Notes: generated by a model from the letters alone, not told the origin. A stretch of DNA of 64,000 nucleotides from Bdellovibrionales bacterium (GCA_965261545.1 CBDHDF010000002.1:608001-672000), one strand, 5' to 3'; shown: positions 20,551 to 31,597, counted from the first letter of the stretch. Numbers and translations: made by a program.

Positions 20551-23104
20551 CAATGGCATTCGTTTAGTGAGAGATCCCATTCGGTTAAGGATTTGAACCT
20601 CTAACTCCTCGGGGGTGGGCTAACCCCAAGTTTTTTTCTTTGATCCATGTGATTATCCGTTGGCCATAGCCCCCCTAACCTCTTTACTGGGTCTCCATAC
20701 TCCGATGGGTTTTCTAGAAACTCGGTCGTAATGCCTATTCGGACGTAGCCTTTGTCGGCAGGTCTTCATATTTGTAATGATGCAATTGAGGGTTTTACTA
20801 AGCACTACCTTTTGTTGAAGAAAAAGACCTTCAATATTTCTTGCAATTGTCAGTAAATTGTTTTTAAAGTTTTTCTGCATGGTTTGTTTTTTACTATGGG
20901 ATTGAGATGTATTAAGACGGTCTTCCGTGTAGTTGGAAAATAATCTTGTCAGAGTGATAAGTGTGAAGTGTGCAAACAATTCTTGTTTGACTCCCCTTTC
21001 ACTTTGAGAATGAAACTCTTCAATGGTCATCAGTTCTTTGGATATTTTGTACAGTTCCTCTATACTCCAGCGTCCATGATAGAGATTGGCCAGATCATCA
21101 ATGGAATATTTTTTTTGATCCATTAAGGTTGTTCCTAGAACAAAAGTAGTTTGTCCAATTTTATATTTGACCAAACGCAAAGCGTAGGCTTTGAAGTCGT
21201 CTTGTGGCTTTTTTTTATGTAGTTCTTTCAGAATTTGCTTGCTAGGAATGACTTGGATCACTGAGTCTTTTTGATCATTATTAATAAATTCATCAAAAAC
21301 AGTGTTGGCATTTCTCCTTATCCTAAACACCGCATGCAGACTTCGCACCTTATGCTCATGAAGCATTTCGTAGGAATAATAGCCACGATCATAAACCACA
21401 ACATCGTTTTCAAACAATTTTTTGAAATGAGTTTGTGCAGCCTTTCTCTCATTGTTATGGGCAAAGAGATCAAAATCCACAGGAATCTTCGACTGTAGTT
21501 GGTACAGGCAACTGACAAGACCTTGAGGGTACCATGCTTTTTCCCATGGTTGCTGATACCCATTATCTACGAGTTGACGTGGTAAATTTATTTTCGATCC
21601 ATCCACTGCGAAAACCTTATGGCCCTTCCATAAGGTACTAGAATTGGATATACCGTCTTGTTTAAGAATTTCATCATGCAAAACTTTAAATATATTTTCA
21701 TCTACTTTAGCCCGTGCACTACACATAGTGGATGCCCGAACTGTTTTAGGTTGAGGGAGTTCAATGTCTAATATGCGACACTGCTCCCAAAGTTCAATCA
21801 AAGTTGTATCATAACCTTGTTTTCCTTTAGAGAAAACAAGTCGGAAGATGAAAAGTATAATCAACAATGTATTCAAGACACGTTGACGCTTTTGCCAGGT
21901 TCGGTCGTACTCATCTGCAATGATAACCACTGTCTTGATGATGTTTTGCCAAAGATGCACAAAAGAGTCCTCTAGCATAGGCTCAGCCAAGTTCTTATGT
22001 GGCTTGATGGTGGGTTTCCCGACGGGTTTCTTGATAGCGCATTGGGGGCCATTCAATAAGATAGACTGATAATTCTTTGTCAGAGGTTGAACATAAACAC
22101 CTTTTTGAGTTTTTCCCTTTACATTTTTGTAGGCACGACTCCCATTTGTTTTGCCCAAATAAAGCCAGTTGGCAGCACGATAGCTCGTGGCATTAAATTT
22201 GGTAAGGTCGACAAAAGTCTCCATGAGTACAGGTTTGAAAGCATGTTTTAACTCCCAGTCTGTGGGAAGTTGGCGAGTTGCCATAGATAAAGCCATCGAA
22301 GCAAGATGGCGAACCTTTACCCAGGGAAAGATCAAAAATCGACTATTGTTCACCACTAAATTCAAGTGCTTTTTGTAAGCTCGATTTTGCCAACCGATCC
22401 ATTCATCACGGCAAGGCAAAGTGGATGTGCCAGCTTCAAATAAAAGACAACCCAATCTTCGCCCACAATTATCTAAGATGAAATAGCGTAAGTGGGGACC
22501 AAAGGGACGTCTGTAATTGAGATAATGATGCCGATCGACAACTTCATTCCATTCCTTAATGGCCTCTTGATCAGTTACGATTTGCAAAGAAAGTGGGGTC
22601 AATGAGTCTAGTTTATCGTTGATGAGAGGCTTTTCATCTGTTCGGTGTGTCCAAGTGATTTTTTTGGAGGGGACACTCCGCTTTGACATGTCTTTTTCTG
22701 GCAGGGATAGAATGTCAAGTTCCTCTAGCGTCTCAAGCATACGAAGGCACGATTGGATGCGATGATCACCTTTGGGAGTTAGCCAACCAAGATGCTCACA
22801 AACTGTATAACCCAGTTCACGGCGACTTAAAGAAGGAAATAGCGCCACCGTCTTTTGAATGTCGGCAATTTGCTTGCGCGTCAAGCGTCTTCCAAAAAAA
22901 GTTGTTGAAGGCAATGTCTCTATGCGTGGGTCCATTTGAGTCTCTCCCCTTTGGGAATGGTTCAAATATAATGTGACACAACGATGGGGTGGACTCAAGT
23001 ATTTTTTTTCGGAAAAAGAAAAAAGATAAAAGCCCCCTTAACTCAGTATGTTAGAGGGAGTCAGAAAAATGTGGAAAAATCTTCTGCAAAAACGAATGCC
23101 ATTG
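20551..23104 (-). mobile_element. IS4-family element with DUF4338-fused transposase
   Basis: Perfect TIR CAATGGCATTCGTTT / AAACGAATGCCATTG; no TSD visible. Confidence 0.85.
20653..22935 (-). CDS. DUF4338 domain plus IS4 DDE transposase fusion
   Basis: N-terminal HHYL..RDEWIGW..NNSRFLIFPW..ETFVD..YRAANW; C-terminal AVDGS, YDRGY, YHGRWSIEELYK (YREK-type motif). Confidence 0.85.
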   Translation of the reverse strand: MDPRIETLPSTTFFGRRLTRKQIADIQKTVALFPSLSRRELGYTVCEHLGWLTPKGDHRIQSCLRMLETLEELDILSLPEKDMSKRSVPSKKITWTHRTDEKPLINDKLDSLTPLSLQIVTDQEAIKEWNEVVDRHHYLNYRRPFGPHLRYFILDNCGRRLGCLLFEAGTSTLPCRDEWIGWQNRAYKKHLNLVVNNSRFLIFPWVKVRHLASMALSMATRQLPTDWELKHAFKPVLMETFVDLTKFNATSYRAANWLYLGKTNGSRAYKNVKGKTQKGVYVQPLTKNYQSILLNGPQCAIKKPVGKPTIKPHKNLAEPMLEDSFVHLWQNIIKTVVIIADEYDRTWQKRQRVLNTLLIILFIFRLVFSKGKQGYDTTLIELWEQCRILDIELPQPKTVRASTMCSARAKVDENIFKVLHDEILKQDGISNSSTLWKGHKVFAVDGSKINLPRQLVDNGYQQPWEKAWYPQGLVSCLYQLQSKIPVDFDLFAHNNERKAAQTHFKKLFENDVVVYDRGYYSYEMLHEHKVRSLHAVFRIRRNANTVFDEFINNDQKDSVIQVIPSKQILKELHKKKPQDDFKAYALRLVKYKIGQTTFVLGTTLMDQKKYSIDDLANLYHGRWSIEELYKISKELMTIEEFHSQSERGVKQELFAHFTLITLTRLFSNYTEDRLNTSQSHSKKQTMQKNFKNNLLTIARNIEGLFLQQKVVLSKTLNCIITNMKTCRQRLRPNRHYDRVSRKPIGVWRPSKEVRGAMANG

Positions 23105-23239
23105 GCCCATCGGGGCGCTATTTTACGAAATGAGTGACCTGCTATAATTAATGTTAATATCTCTTCTTGTTTTTGTTTATTCAAGACGTTCATCCTTCCC
23201 TCCCAGGTTGTTTTCTAGAAGGTATTTTACAATACGCCT

Positions 23240-23286
23240 TGTCAGATATTAAATTTTAAATGGCCTGGTTTGCCCTCCCCTCCGGG
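23240..23286 (+). mobile_element. IS21-type end remnant
   Basis: AAATGGCCTGGTTTGCCC is the reverse complement of a subterminal repeat at ~31566-31583; a further GCCCATCGGGG end lies at 23105-23115. Confidence 0.5.
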
Positions 23287-23639
23287 CACATTCATAAATT
23301 CATTCTCTAGGTCCTTTCTAGGGAATCTCTTAATTTCTTTATGGGTCAGACAAATGTCAAAATGATTGTGCATTTTGAAATAATACCAAGGCGATCTTCT
23401 TTGTACAGAAAAATTTTGAATATTCATGATTTTTTTTCACTCTACTGATAGCTATGAATCTCAGGTATAGCCTGAATTTTTGGATTTGCCTCTTGTCTGG
23501 AACTCTTCGCACGAAGAGTTCCCTCCATGAAATATTCATGCTGTGGCCCTTGTCATAATAGAGAGTTCTTTTCCGTTCGCTCAGACTAGACTATGGTCGT
23601 GTGAAAGGGATGCCAACTTCATCCCCTCCGCCTAGCCAA

Positions 23640-23663
23640 ATTTTACTTTCAGTCAGAACTCAC
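23640..23663. repeat. 24-bp sequence repeated in inverted orientation at 34270-34293, probable IS end
   Basis: ATTTTACTTTCAGTCAGAACTCAC versus GTGAGTTCTGACTGAAAGTAAAAT. Confidence 0.6.
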
Positions 23664-24222
23664 AAAGAAAGTATCAGGTTGCTTCAGGACAGCAAAAATG
23701 GCAAAGCACTTTTGTCGGATTACCAGTTATGTCAAGACTATGAGAAACAAGGGGTTCTCTTCCTTAGAGGCCATCAATATGGCTCTCAAGGGAGAAATTC
23801 CTATGTAAGGTGCGAGCAGTTACGTTTTAAGAGGTATGTAAAGAATGCCGTTTGTGCCTATAATTGTGTTGTCTTGGCAAGACATGAATTATCAACTGTC
23901 ACCTAAATTTATCCATTAGGAATAACAGCAATGGACCAGGTCGAAGGTGCTAAAATCTTCCAAAGGTTAGGGGTGCGTCTTCAAATCGAAAAAACTAGGG
24001 CGCAAGTCGCTTAAAGACCTTTTTCCCCTTAATCTGTAGAGTTTGTGTGGCAAATCTCCAACTCTCACTCCCCCATTGAGGCATTGGGAGGCTCAATGGG
24101 GAGTGTCAGAGAACAAAAAATGGGCCTTTTTGGACAGAAACTAACTATAGACAAATGTATAGTATTTAATTATATATAATATTATAATTGATGTGTTAAA
24201 TTAATATTTATAATATTAAGTA

Positions 24223-26562
24223 ATGAAGATAATTATATGTTTATGTTGGCTCTATTCTTTTAAATTCCTTAAAGCGTGGGTGAATTTTGCCATTGGACTT
24301 TATATTTTTATTTTCTTAAGAACAAAAGCATCTGGTTTTTCTCTTATATCCATGCTCATAGCTCTTTCTATCATGGGTTTTTCCATGACGGCTCTTATTT
24401 CCCTTATGGTAAACCATGAAAAAGGCAACCTGACTTTAAATAGAAAAATGGAAAATATTCGCCTCAAAAACAATTTGATAAGAACGATAAGGGATACAGA
24501 TATATGTTCTTGTCATTTCACTTCTTCTAGAGCCACTGCCATCAATTTAGATACAAAGGGCTTAGGGGATATCACAATGGCCTCCATTCGAAGAAGCTGC
24601 GACTTTTCATCTTCCTCTAATATTCTCTTCAAGAGTGGAGCCTTTGTTCCTGGAAGCAATCAATTGAGAGTAGCTAGCATCAAGGTCACAGGCATTAAGT
24701 TTACTGGAACAAAAAATCAATATTGGGGAAATCTCACGGTCAATTATAACCAAGATAGTTTGTCTTCAATTCTTTCACCTATTTCTGTTCCCTTTACTTT
24801 CTCTGTGGACGGGACCTCAGGAACAGAGAGTGCTCGTCCCATTCAATCCTGTTGGAATACGTCAGTGGTGCAAATTCAACAGCAAGATAATAATTGTATG
24901 ACTGTGGATCCAGCAGGGCCGGAGACTAAAGGGAGAACTCTTTTGGGGTGTGGGGGAACTTCTAATGCTTCCCACAAACATAGTACGGCCTTTGGTTATG
25001 CTGCTGGGGTTTCTTCAGGAAGTGGTAATAACACTTATCTTGGTTATCGTGCGGGGACTCAACACAGTGGAAGCCAAAGTACTTTTGTGGGATACAAAGC
25101 AGGGGAGTCCGCAGGTAATGCTTCATCCAACACAGTGGTGGGATCTCATGCAGGAAGACTTGCAACAGGGGGGGAGCAGGTTCTTATAGGAATTGAGGCA
25201 GGGGAAAAGTCCACTGGAAATAAGAATGTTTTTGTAGGATACCAGACGGGGCAAAGAAATACTAGTGGAAGTAGAAATGTAGCGTTCGGTAACTCTGCAG
25301 GACGAAACAATAGCAAAAATCACGACAATGTGCTATTGGGCCATAATGCCTTTTCCCATAATTCCTTTTCATATTATGGTGACGGGAGCGAAAATGTTGT
25401 TGTGGGTGAAAGTTCGGGTCTCAGCAGCCGAAGAAGTCGAGGCATTTTTATTCAATCAAAAGGATTCGGGACGTTTCGAAATCTTGCTATAGGTGAGTTA
25501 TCAGGAGGACACGGATCAGATAATGTGGCCATAGGTTATAAGGCAATGGGTAGTAGGAAGCAGACTGCTGGCTTCAAAAATGTTGCAGTAGGACAGTGGG
25601 CTGGAAGGAACAAAACAAAAGGTGATGAAAATACTTATGTAGGATTTAGGGCAGGAGAGTCTGGTAACGGATCCAACGTTAATGAGAATACAGCTATAGG
25701 CTCATTTGCCATGATAGGGAATGTGGGTGGCAAGAAAAATGTCATGTTAGGTTTTTCGGCAGCAGAGAAATCACCTTATGGTAATGGGAATGTTTTGGTG
25801 GGCGCTGGAGCTGGGAGGTTTCTTTCTCTGAAAAATGATAGTATTTATATAGGCGATTCGGTAGCCACTACGGGTAGCACTAAAAATTCTCAATTCATTG
25901 TGGGTGTTTTGTCGTATCTAATTATGAAGCCAAGAATTTGGATAAGAGGAACCATGACTCCAACAGGCAATCTTTATATTAATGACCAGCAAGTTGCTAT
26001 AACAAGTTCTCGACACTTGAAGAAGAATCTACGTCCCGTGAGGGATGTAAAAAAATATGTGGATCATCTCATCAAAACACCCTTGTTTACCTATGAGTAC
26101 AAAAGTAAGAATCTTCATCCTAAAAAGAATCGTATGGGATTTATATCTGAGGAGCTCCCTGAAAGCCTACAGCTTAGGAGCAAAGGTCAACTGTCCCATC
26201 CCGATTGGCCAAGTATTTATGGATATTTTTGGGCAAGCATTAAGTATCTTTACGATATGTTGGAAGGCATTAGGAAGATACTCAATGTTGAAGTGAACAA
26301 AATGAAGAATCACATAAGCCTTTTTCAAGCAAAGCACGATCGATGGTTGAACAAGACCATGGCTTCTAAGCAAGCGATTGCATATCTTAGTACTCACTTA
26401 TCTCAAGTATCCCAAGAGCTTGAAGATTCCAAGCGAGATCTTAGGGAACTCAAAAGGGATATAAAAGAGCAGTGGGAAGAAATAGAGAAACAGTTTCCTG
26501 GTGGATGGGTGCTATCGAGCTTAGAAGTCAGGGAGTTTAGTGATGGGGCTCAAAATGAGTAA
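24223..26562 (+). CDS. Prepilin-leader fibre protein with S74-type chaperone, subunit A' (start uncertain)
   Basis: SG|FSLISMLIAL; CSCHF; shares GCGGT..HST.FG and GGEQVL with 10860-13220; SSRHLKKNL. Confidence 0.8.
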   Translation: MKIIICLCWLYSFKFLKAWVNFAIGLYIFIFLRTKASGFSLISMLIALSIMGFSMTALISLMVNHEKGNLTLNRKMENIRLKNNLIRTIRDTDICSCHFTSSRATAINLDTKGLGDITMASIRRSCDFSSSSNILFKSGAFVPGSNQLRVASIKVTGIKFTGTKNQYWGNLTVNYNQDSLSSILSPISVPFTFSVDGTSGTESARPIQSCWNTSVVQIQQQDNNCMTVDPAGPETKGRTLLGCGGTSNASHKHSTAFGYAAGVSSGSGNNTYLGYRAGTQHSGSQSTFVGYKAGESAGNASSNTVVGSHAGRLATGGEQVLIGIEAGEKSTGNKNVFVGYQTGQRNTSGSRNVAFGNSAGRNNSKNHDNVLLGHNAFSHNSFSYYGDGSENVVVGESSGLSSRRSRGIFIQSKGFGTFRNLAIGELSGGHGSDNVAIGYKAMGSRKQTAGFKNVAVGQWAGRNKTKGDENTYVGFRAGESGNGSNVNENTAIGSFAMIGNVGGKKNVMLGFSAAEKSPYGNGNVLVGAGAGRFLSLKNDSIYIGDSVATTGSTKNSQFIVGVLSYLIMKPRIWIRGTMTPTGNLYINDQQVAITSSRHLKKNLRPVRDVKKYVDHLIKTPLFTYEYKSKNLHPKKNRMGFISEELPESLQLRSKGQLSHPDWPSIYGYFWASIKYLYDMLEGIRKILNVEVNKMKNHISLFQAKHDRWLNKTMASKQAIAYLSTHLSQVSQELEDSKRDLRELKRDIKEQWEEIEKQFPGGWVLSSLEVREFSDGAQNE

Positions 26563-28894
26563 GCCTAGGCTACCACGGAGAACGATGATATTATTATCTC
26601 CAAGGGGAATATCTCTTGTATCTGCCTTGGTAGCTATGACTGTAATTGGTATGGCTGCACTTTCTTTTGTCTCCATGGAAGTGAGTCAAAAAAAAGAAAG
26701 TATTCTTTTAAAGCAAAGGCTCACTCATATTGGTTTGGAATCATTTATAACACAGACCTTGTATACGGGAACTTGCTCCTGTCACTTTGACCCTACTGTG
26801 AATACGTCAGCAGCTGCGGGGACACTCAATCTTAATACAAGTACATTGGCTGATATTAATTTGCAATCCATACGAACAGGCTGTGCGTTTAGTAGTGATG
26901 ACAATGTAATTCTAAAGGTCAACAAGGAGGTTCCTGACAGTGTAGGTCTTATTGTGAGCCGCATTGCTGTCAAGAATTTAACACCCACAGGAAGCACCGA
27001 TGAATACTCTGGAAATCTTGTTGTCAACTACACGAAATCGAGCCAAAAGCGTCTCCTCAATCCCATTTCTATACCCCTCATTTTTTCTATTGATTCCACA
27101 TTGGGAACTCCCTTGGCAAGGTCCATTCAATCTTGTTGGAAAGATAAATTGACACAAGATCAATATCCTCCTGAATGTGCTCAAATGACGGGGGATGGCC
27201 AGAAGAATCATCTTGTGGGGTGTCAGATATCACAGCCCCCCTTTTACGGAAATACAACACTTGGCTTTAACTCGGGAGTGACGGGGCAGTTTGATTGGAA
27301 TAGAAAAGGAACCAGCTTAGGCTTTCAGGCCGGGAAAGGAAAGTATATAGGCCAAGAGCGAGGGTACCTGAGTTCTTCTGAGAATACTCTCTTAGGTTTT
27401 AAGTCAGCCAATAGATTTGGAGGTGGTCGCCGTTTAACTCTCATTGGTCCTCAATTCATAGGTCCGGTTATGGCTAATGGGGCCCCTAACAAGACAGATG
27501 AAGCAACATTGATTGGTTTGAATATGGGACGTGACTATGTTCTAAGTACAAGGGCGACTGTAGCTATAGGCACTGATTCGGGACGAAACCCCTCAAAAAA
27601 ATTTCTCGCCGTTCATAAGTCTCTTTTTATTGGCACTAGTACTGTTGGCAACGGTCACCAAGATCCCCGCCAAACGATCATAGGTTACCAGGCAAAGGCA
27701 AGGCCAAAGATCGAGAATATCTCTGAGACCACATCCATTGGAACGCAAGCAAAATCAAAGTATGGAATATCTATTGGTCACAATAGTGGGAATAATTCTT
27801 CAAGAGGCCTTTTCATCGGTAGTGGTGCTGGAAAAAATACACTTATTGAGAACGTGCTGGCAATTGGTTTTGAAGCATCTCCAAAACAGCAGTCTACTGG
27901 AGATTATAATACTTTTTTAGGTGCAAGATCGGCTCATAACTTTGTGGGTGGGGGGCCACCTGGATCCTTTGTCTATGCCTATCATTTGAGTTCTGGATGG
28001 AATACTGCTTCCATCGCTGGGGATGGGGCGAGGAATGTGTTTATCGGTGCTGACTCTGGGCTTTCGCTGGTATCTGGAGGCTACAATCTCTACGTAGGTG
28101 CTTCTTCAGCTTCTTATGTTGTCCATAGCAGCAAGAATGTTTGTATAGGTTGGAATTCTTGTAAAAAAGCCACAACTTCCATAGGAGGTAATACCATAAT
28201 AGGAGCTGATGCTGGAACGGGAATTGGTGGGCGTAGCAATATATATATTGGTTATGGCGTGGGAAAAGCAGGAACTCATCAGAGTCATTATGATGATCGA
28301 TTTGTGTTGGGAACCCACAATCGTGACCAATGGCTGAATGGATCAATGGATATACTTTCAACACTTTATGTCAATAACAGGCCGCTAAACACAGCAAGTT
28401 CAAGGGCTTTAAAGAAAAACATAGGCTCTGTAATGAATCTTAAAAAATACTTTCAATTTATACTAAAAACCCCTCTCTTTACCTATCAATACAAAGATCC
28501 CAGTCGTTATCCTGACAAAATACGCATGGGTGTGATCTCTGAGGAGCTTCCTAACTATTTGCAAATTAAAAAAGAAGGGGAACTCTCTCAACCCGATTGG
28601 GTAAGTATCTATGGACTCTTTGCGGCCAGCATTAAATGGATATACAACTCTATCATAATTTCCGAGAAAATTGCGTTTGATAAAGTGAAAGCATTCACAG
28701 ATTTATTAATTGACCTTGGACAGAATGACAAGAATATGAATGCGGATATGGATCAATGGACTAAAGATTTTGCCATAGCAAAGAATCATATCCATACTTC
28801 GAAAAGTAAGATGAAAAAAGTAAGAGGTCAAATATCAGATGTGAGAAATTATATAAGGAAAAAATGGAAAATTTTTTATGATCAGAGTCAATAA
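26555..28894 (+). CDS. Prepilin-leader fibre protein with S74-type chaperone, subunit B'
   Basis: ATGAGTAA overlap; RG|ISLVSAL; shares EYSGNLV, NxCIGWxSC, SSRALKKNI and FAASIKWIY with 13213-15840. Confidence 0.8.
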   Translation: MSKPRLPRRTMILLSPRGISLVSALVAMTVIGMAALSFVSMEVSQKKESILLKQRLTHIGLESFITQTLYTGTCSCHFDPTVNTSAAAGTLNLNTSTLADINLQSIRTGCAFSSDDNVILKVNKEVPDSVGLIVSRIAVKNLTPTGSTDEYSGNLVVNYTKSSQKRLLNPISIPLIFSIDSTLGTPLARSIQSCWKDKLTQDQYPPECAQMTGDGQKNHLVGCQISQPPFYGNTTLGFNSGVTGQFDWNRKGTSLGFQAGKGKYIGQERGYLSSSENTLLGFKSANRFGGGRRLTLIGPQFIGPVMANGAPNKTDEATLIGLNMGRDYVLSTRATVAIGTDSGRNPSKKFLAVHKSLFIGTSTVGNGHQDPRQTIIGYQAKARPKIENISETTSIGTQAKSKYGISIGHNSGNNSSRGLFIGSGAGKNTLIENVLAIGFEASPKQQSTGDYNTFLGARSAHNFVGGGPPGSFVYAYHLSSGWNTASIAGDGARNVFIGADSGLSLVSGGYNLYVGASSASYVVHSSKNVCIGWNSCKKATTSIGGNTIIGADAGTGIGGRSNIYIGYGVGKAGTHQSHYDDRFVLGTHNRDQWLNGSMDILSTLYVNNRPLNTASSRALKKNIGSVMNLKKYFQFILKTPLFTYQYKDPSRYPDKIRMGVISEELPNYLQIKKEGELSQPDWVSIYGLFAASIKWIYNSIIISEKIAFDKVKAFTDLLIDLGQNDKNMNADMDQWTKDFAIAKNHIHTSKSKMKKVRGQISDVRNYIRKKWKIFYDQSQ

Positions 28895-31169
28895 AAACCA
28901 TATCAATAAAAATCATGGTTTCGCCATCACATCCATTCTCTTGGCCATTTCTATTATGAGTACTTCCATGTTGTCTTTTTTATCACGATTGAACATAAGT
29001 CATAAAGAAACCAATGAATTGGCTAAAAAATTTAGAAGTCGTAGCATTGAGATGGTTGTTAACCAATTAATGGACAATGATCGATGCTCTTGTCACTTTG
29101 ATCCCACAAAAAATACAGAGACTTCCACCTCCTCGCTGAGTATCAATACAGTGCAACCACAGGATATCTCACTGGGAAGTATAAGGTCAGGTTGTGATTT
29201 CACTTCTTCTAATAACATTTTCCTTAAAAATGGAACCTCTGTGGGCGAAGGTTTGGTCGTGGATAAAATCAAGGTATCTAGTATTAAGGCTGCAACCAAT
29301 TCTCAAAATGTTTTTAATGGGAATATAGTCATTAGTTATTCGAGTCAAAATACAACATCCATACCAAGTGCTTCTTTAATTCCCATGACCTTTACTATTG
29401 ATACCAATGAAGGGTCCAATCAAAGTCGGCCCATAAAAGCTTGCATGAGTTCAAAATATCATCTTTTATTGTCATCATCATCAGGATCTTGCTATCTCTT
29501 TGATACAAGTATGACTGATAAGAGTGGAGGCCGGACTCTTATAGGCTGTGGAGGTAGTGTGAGTACAGATCGTGCAAGGTTTACCACAGCCTTTGGTTTT
29601 AGGGCTGGAAGTTCCACCGTATCTCACATAGGAAATACCTACTTTGGATATGAATCAGGACTCAAACACGACGGCGAAAAAACCACCATGGTGGGTTATA
29701 AGACTGGAAGGCTTGCCACATCCCTAAAACAGAGTACTCTTATTGGATATCGGGCTGGAGAGCAAACTCAATCAGGTCAAAACTTCTACGCTATTGGAGC
29801 TGAGGCGGGTACCAATACACAGTTTGGAAATGAGAATATTTTTATAGGGACTCTGGCGGGAAATAATAATAGGCAGGGATCTAGAAATATTTACCTGGGT
29901 CATGAGGCAGGCCGATATGGAATACGTGGCAATGACAATATTTTTGCAGGATATCAGGCTGGTCTCCAGAATCGTGGATCTCGAAATATTTTCATAGGCT
30001 CCAGAGCGGGACAAAAGAATCTCACAGGGGAAGACTCTGTCCTGATAGGTTGTCAAGCAGGACTTTCCAATACGTTCATCCATAAAAGTGTTTTTATGGG
30101 GTATCAAGCAGGAAAGTCCAGTCAAGGAGGTCAATCTTCTACTCTTATTGGTTATCAGACAGGTTTCAATAATAAGGCAGCTAAAAATACATTTATAGGT
30201 AATTATTCTGGATATAATAATAAGAAAGGTCATCATAATGTTTTTGTGGGGCACGCCTCAGGTCAGAAAAACACAACCGGCTCATACAATACTTTTTTAG
30301 GAACTTATGCAGGGTACCAAAATAAGATAGGTTCTTACAATACTTTTGCGGGAAATAGATCGGGCTACAATAACACTAGGGGGCAAGGTAATACCTTCAT
30401 GGGATATAAGGCCGGAGCTAGTAACACCACAGGAAGTTATAATGTATTCATAGGCCATCAGGCCGCCAACAACTCCAACTACTCCACTGCCAGTTATAAG
30501 CTTGTTATTGGTAGTCCCAGTGCAAAAACTTGGATGACCGGTGATATTACGGCTACGGGAGGTCTTTATATCAATGGTCAGGAGGTAGGTAGTCCTCCTT
30601 CTTCCAAGTTTTTAAAGAAAAATATTCGGCCTGTGACCAACTTTAAGAAGTACTTAAACAGTGTGCTCAAGACTCCTCTTTTCACATATCAGTACAAAAG
30701 TTCCATGAATTTTCCCCACAAAACTCGTATGGGAATCATCTCTGAGGAGTTACCCAAACAACTACAGATCGTGCCCAAGGGGAAGCTTTCCCATCCAGAT
30801 TGGCCTAGTATTTACGGTTATTTTTGGGCCAGCTTTAAAGCTCTCCATGAGATCAGGCAAGAGTTGAAGAACACACTTCTTTTAAGAATCCAAGATTCTC
30901 TTTTACAACTTAAGTTCATAAAGGAGAAACAAGCTCGTTTTATTGAGAAATGGATTCACAATAGACAGAAAATGTCGTTGATCCAGTCTGAAATTCGACG
31001 GGTGTATGAAGAAATGGAGCAGGTGAAAAAAGAAACAGCACAGGTCAAAAAGAACTTTGACAGAGATTGGGAAAATTTAATGATTAGGCTTTCTCCTTCA
31101 CCTCTCTCACCATCGCAACCTTCCCCATCATCCACCACTTCTTCTTCGATCGTAGATGCGAGGAACTAG
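28878..31169 (+). CDS. Prepilin-leader fibre protein with S74-type chaperone, subunit C'
   Basis: HG|FAITSILL; HIGNTYFGY; NTTGSYN repeats; SSKFLKKNI; FDRDWE; Ser/Pro tail as in 15833-18256. Confidence 0.8.
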   Translation: MIRVNKNHINKNHGFAITSILLAISIMSTSMLSFLSRLNISHKETNELAKKFRSRSIEMVVNQLMDNDRCSCHFDPTKNTETSTSSLSINTVQPQDISLGSIRSGCDFTSSNNIFLKNGTSVGEGLVVDKIKVSSIKAATNSQNVFNGNIVISYSSQNTTSIPSASLIPMTFTIDTNEGSNQSRPIKACMSSKYHLLLSSSSGSCYLFDTSMTDKSGGRTLIGCGGSVSTDRARFTTAFGFRAGSSTVSHIGNTYFGYESGLKHDGEKTTMVGYKTGRLATSLKQSTLIGYRAGEQTQSGQNFYAIGAEAGTNTQFGNENIFIGTLAGNNNRQGSRNIYLGHEAGRYGIRGNDNIFAGYQAGLQNRGSRNIFIGSRAGQKNLTGEDSVLIGCQAGLSNTFIHKSVFMGYQAGKSSQGGQSSTLIGYQTGFNNKAAKNTFIGNYSGYNNKKGHHNVFVGHASGQKNTTGSYNTFLGTYAGYQNKIGSYNTFAGNRSGYNNTRGQGNTFMGYKAGASNTTGSYNVFIGHQAANNSNYSTASYKLVIGSPSAKTWMTGDITATGGLYINGQEVGSPPSSKFLKKNIRPVTNFKKYLNSVLKTPLFTYQYKSSMNFPHKTRMGIISEELPKQLQIVPKGKLSHPDWPSIYGYFWASFKALHEIRQELKNTLLLRIQDSLLQLKFIKEKQARFIEKWIHNRQKMSLIQSEIRRVYEEMEQVKKETAQVKKNFDRDWENLMIRLSPSPLSPSQPSPSSTTSSSIVDARN

Positions 31170-31468
31170 GAGGATTCAAGGTCCAGGGAATAGGAAGGAT
31201 AAAAGGTCTTTTTTAGAAATCCGCAAGGCATATCAGTAAAAACTGCAGAGGCCAGCGAAAGCTCCAATAGAATTTTTGGGCTTAACTGGTGGTTTAGGGT
31301 GGTGTTGGGCAAAGTTTGAGAAAAATAAGGCCAGAAAAATATGTTGTTTTATGGTGTTGAGCCTACATTCCGCAGTAAAAAATGAAAAAAGTTCTTCCTT
31401 ACAGTCTGAGCGGCAATCAAATAACACACAATATCATTTAGAGAATTTTGATAACGGCACCCCCATTA

Positions 31469-31529
31469 TGAGGTGGACCCCAATGTCAGACTGAAAAACT
31501 TGATTTTTAAGTTACACCACAGCGCACAA
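31469..31529 (-). mobile_element. Isolated right end of the IS3 element
   Basis: Near-identical reverse complement of ~20124-20184. Confidence 0.85.
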
Positions 31530-31597
31530 CCCCGATGGGCGGGTTAAACCAGGCCATTTGTGGGCGGGCAAACCAGGCCATTTAGGGCGATCTGACA
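31530..31597 (-). mobile_element. Right end of second IS21-type element
   Basis: CCCCGATGGGCGGG followed by two AAACCAGGCCATTT repeats, immediately downstream of istB. Confidence 0.6.

Noticed and set aside
23290..23950. Short ORFs between IS4 and the second triplet
   Set aside because: No recognisable motifs, and they span IS-end remnants; probably debris.
24066..24105. Hairpin upstream of the second triplet
   Set aside because: No U-tract, TSD or second copy seen; function cannot be supported.
10860..31169. S74 fibre genes as a prophage tail module
   Set aside because: No capsid, terminase, baseplate or phage integrase genes, and the proteins carry host-type prepilin-like leaders.
23240..31597. 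Composite transposon around the second triplet bounded by TGTCAGAT...ATCTGACA
   Set aside because: No TSD, and the motif is better read as internal to the IS21-type end downstream of istB. Not fully excluded.
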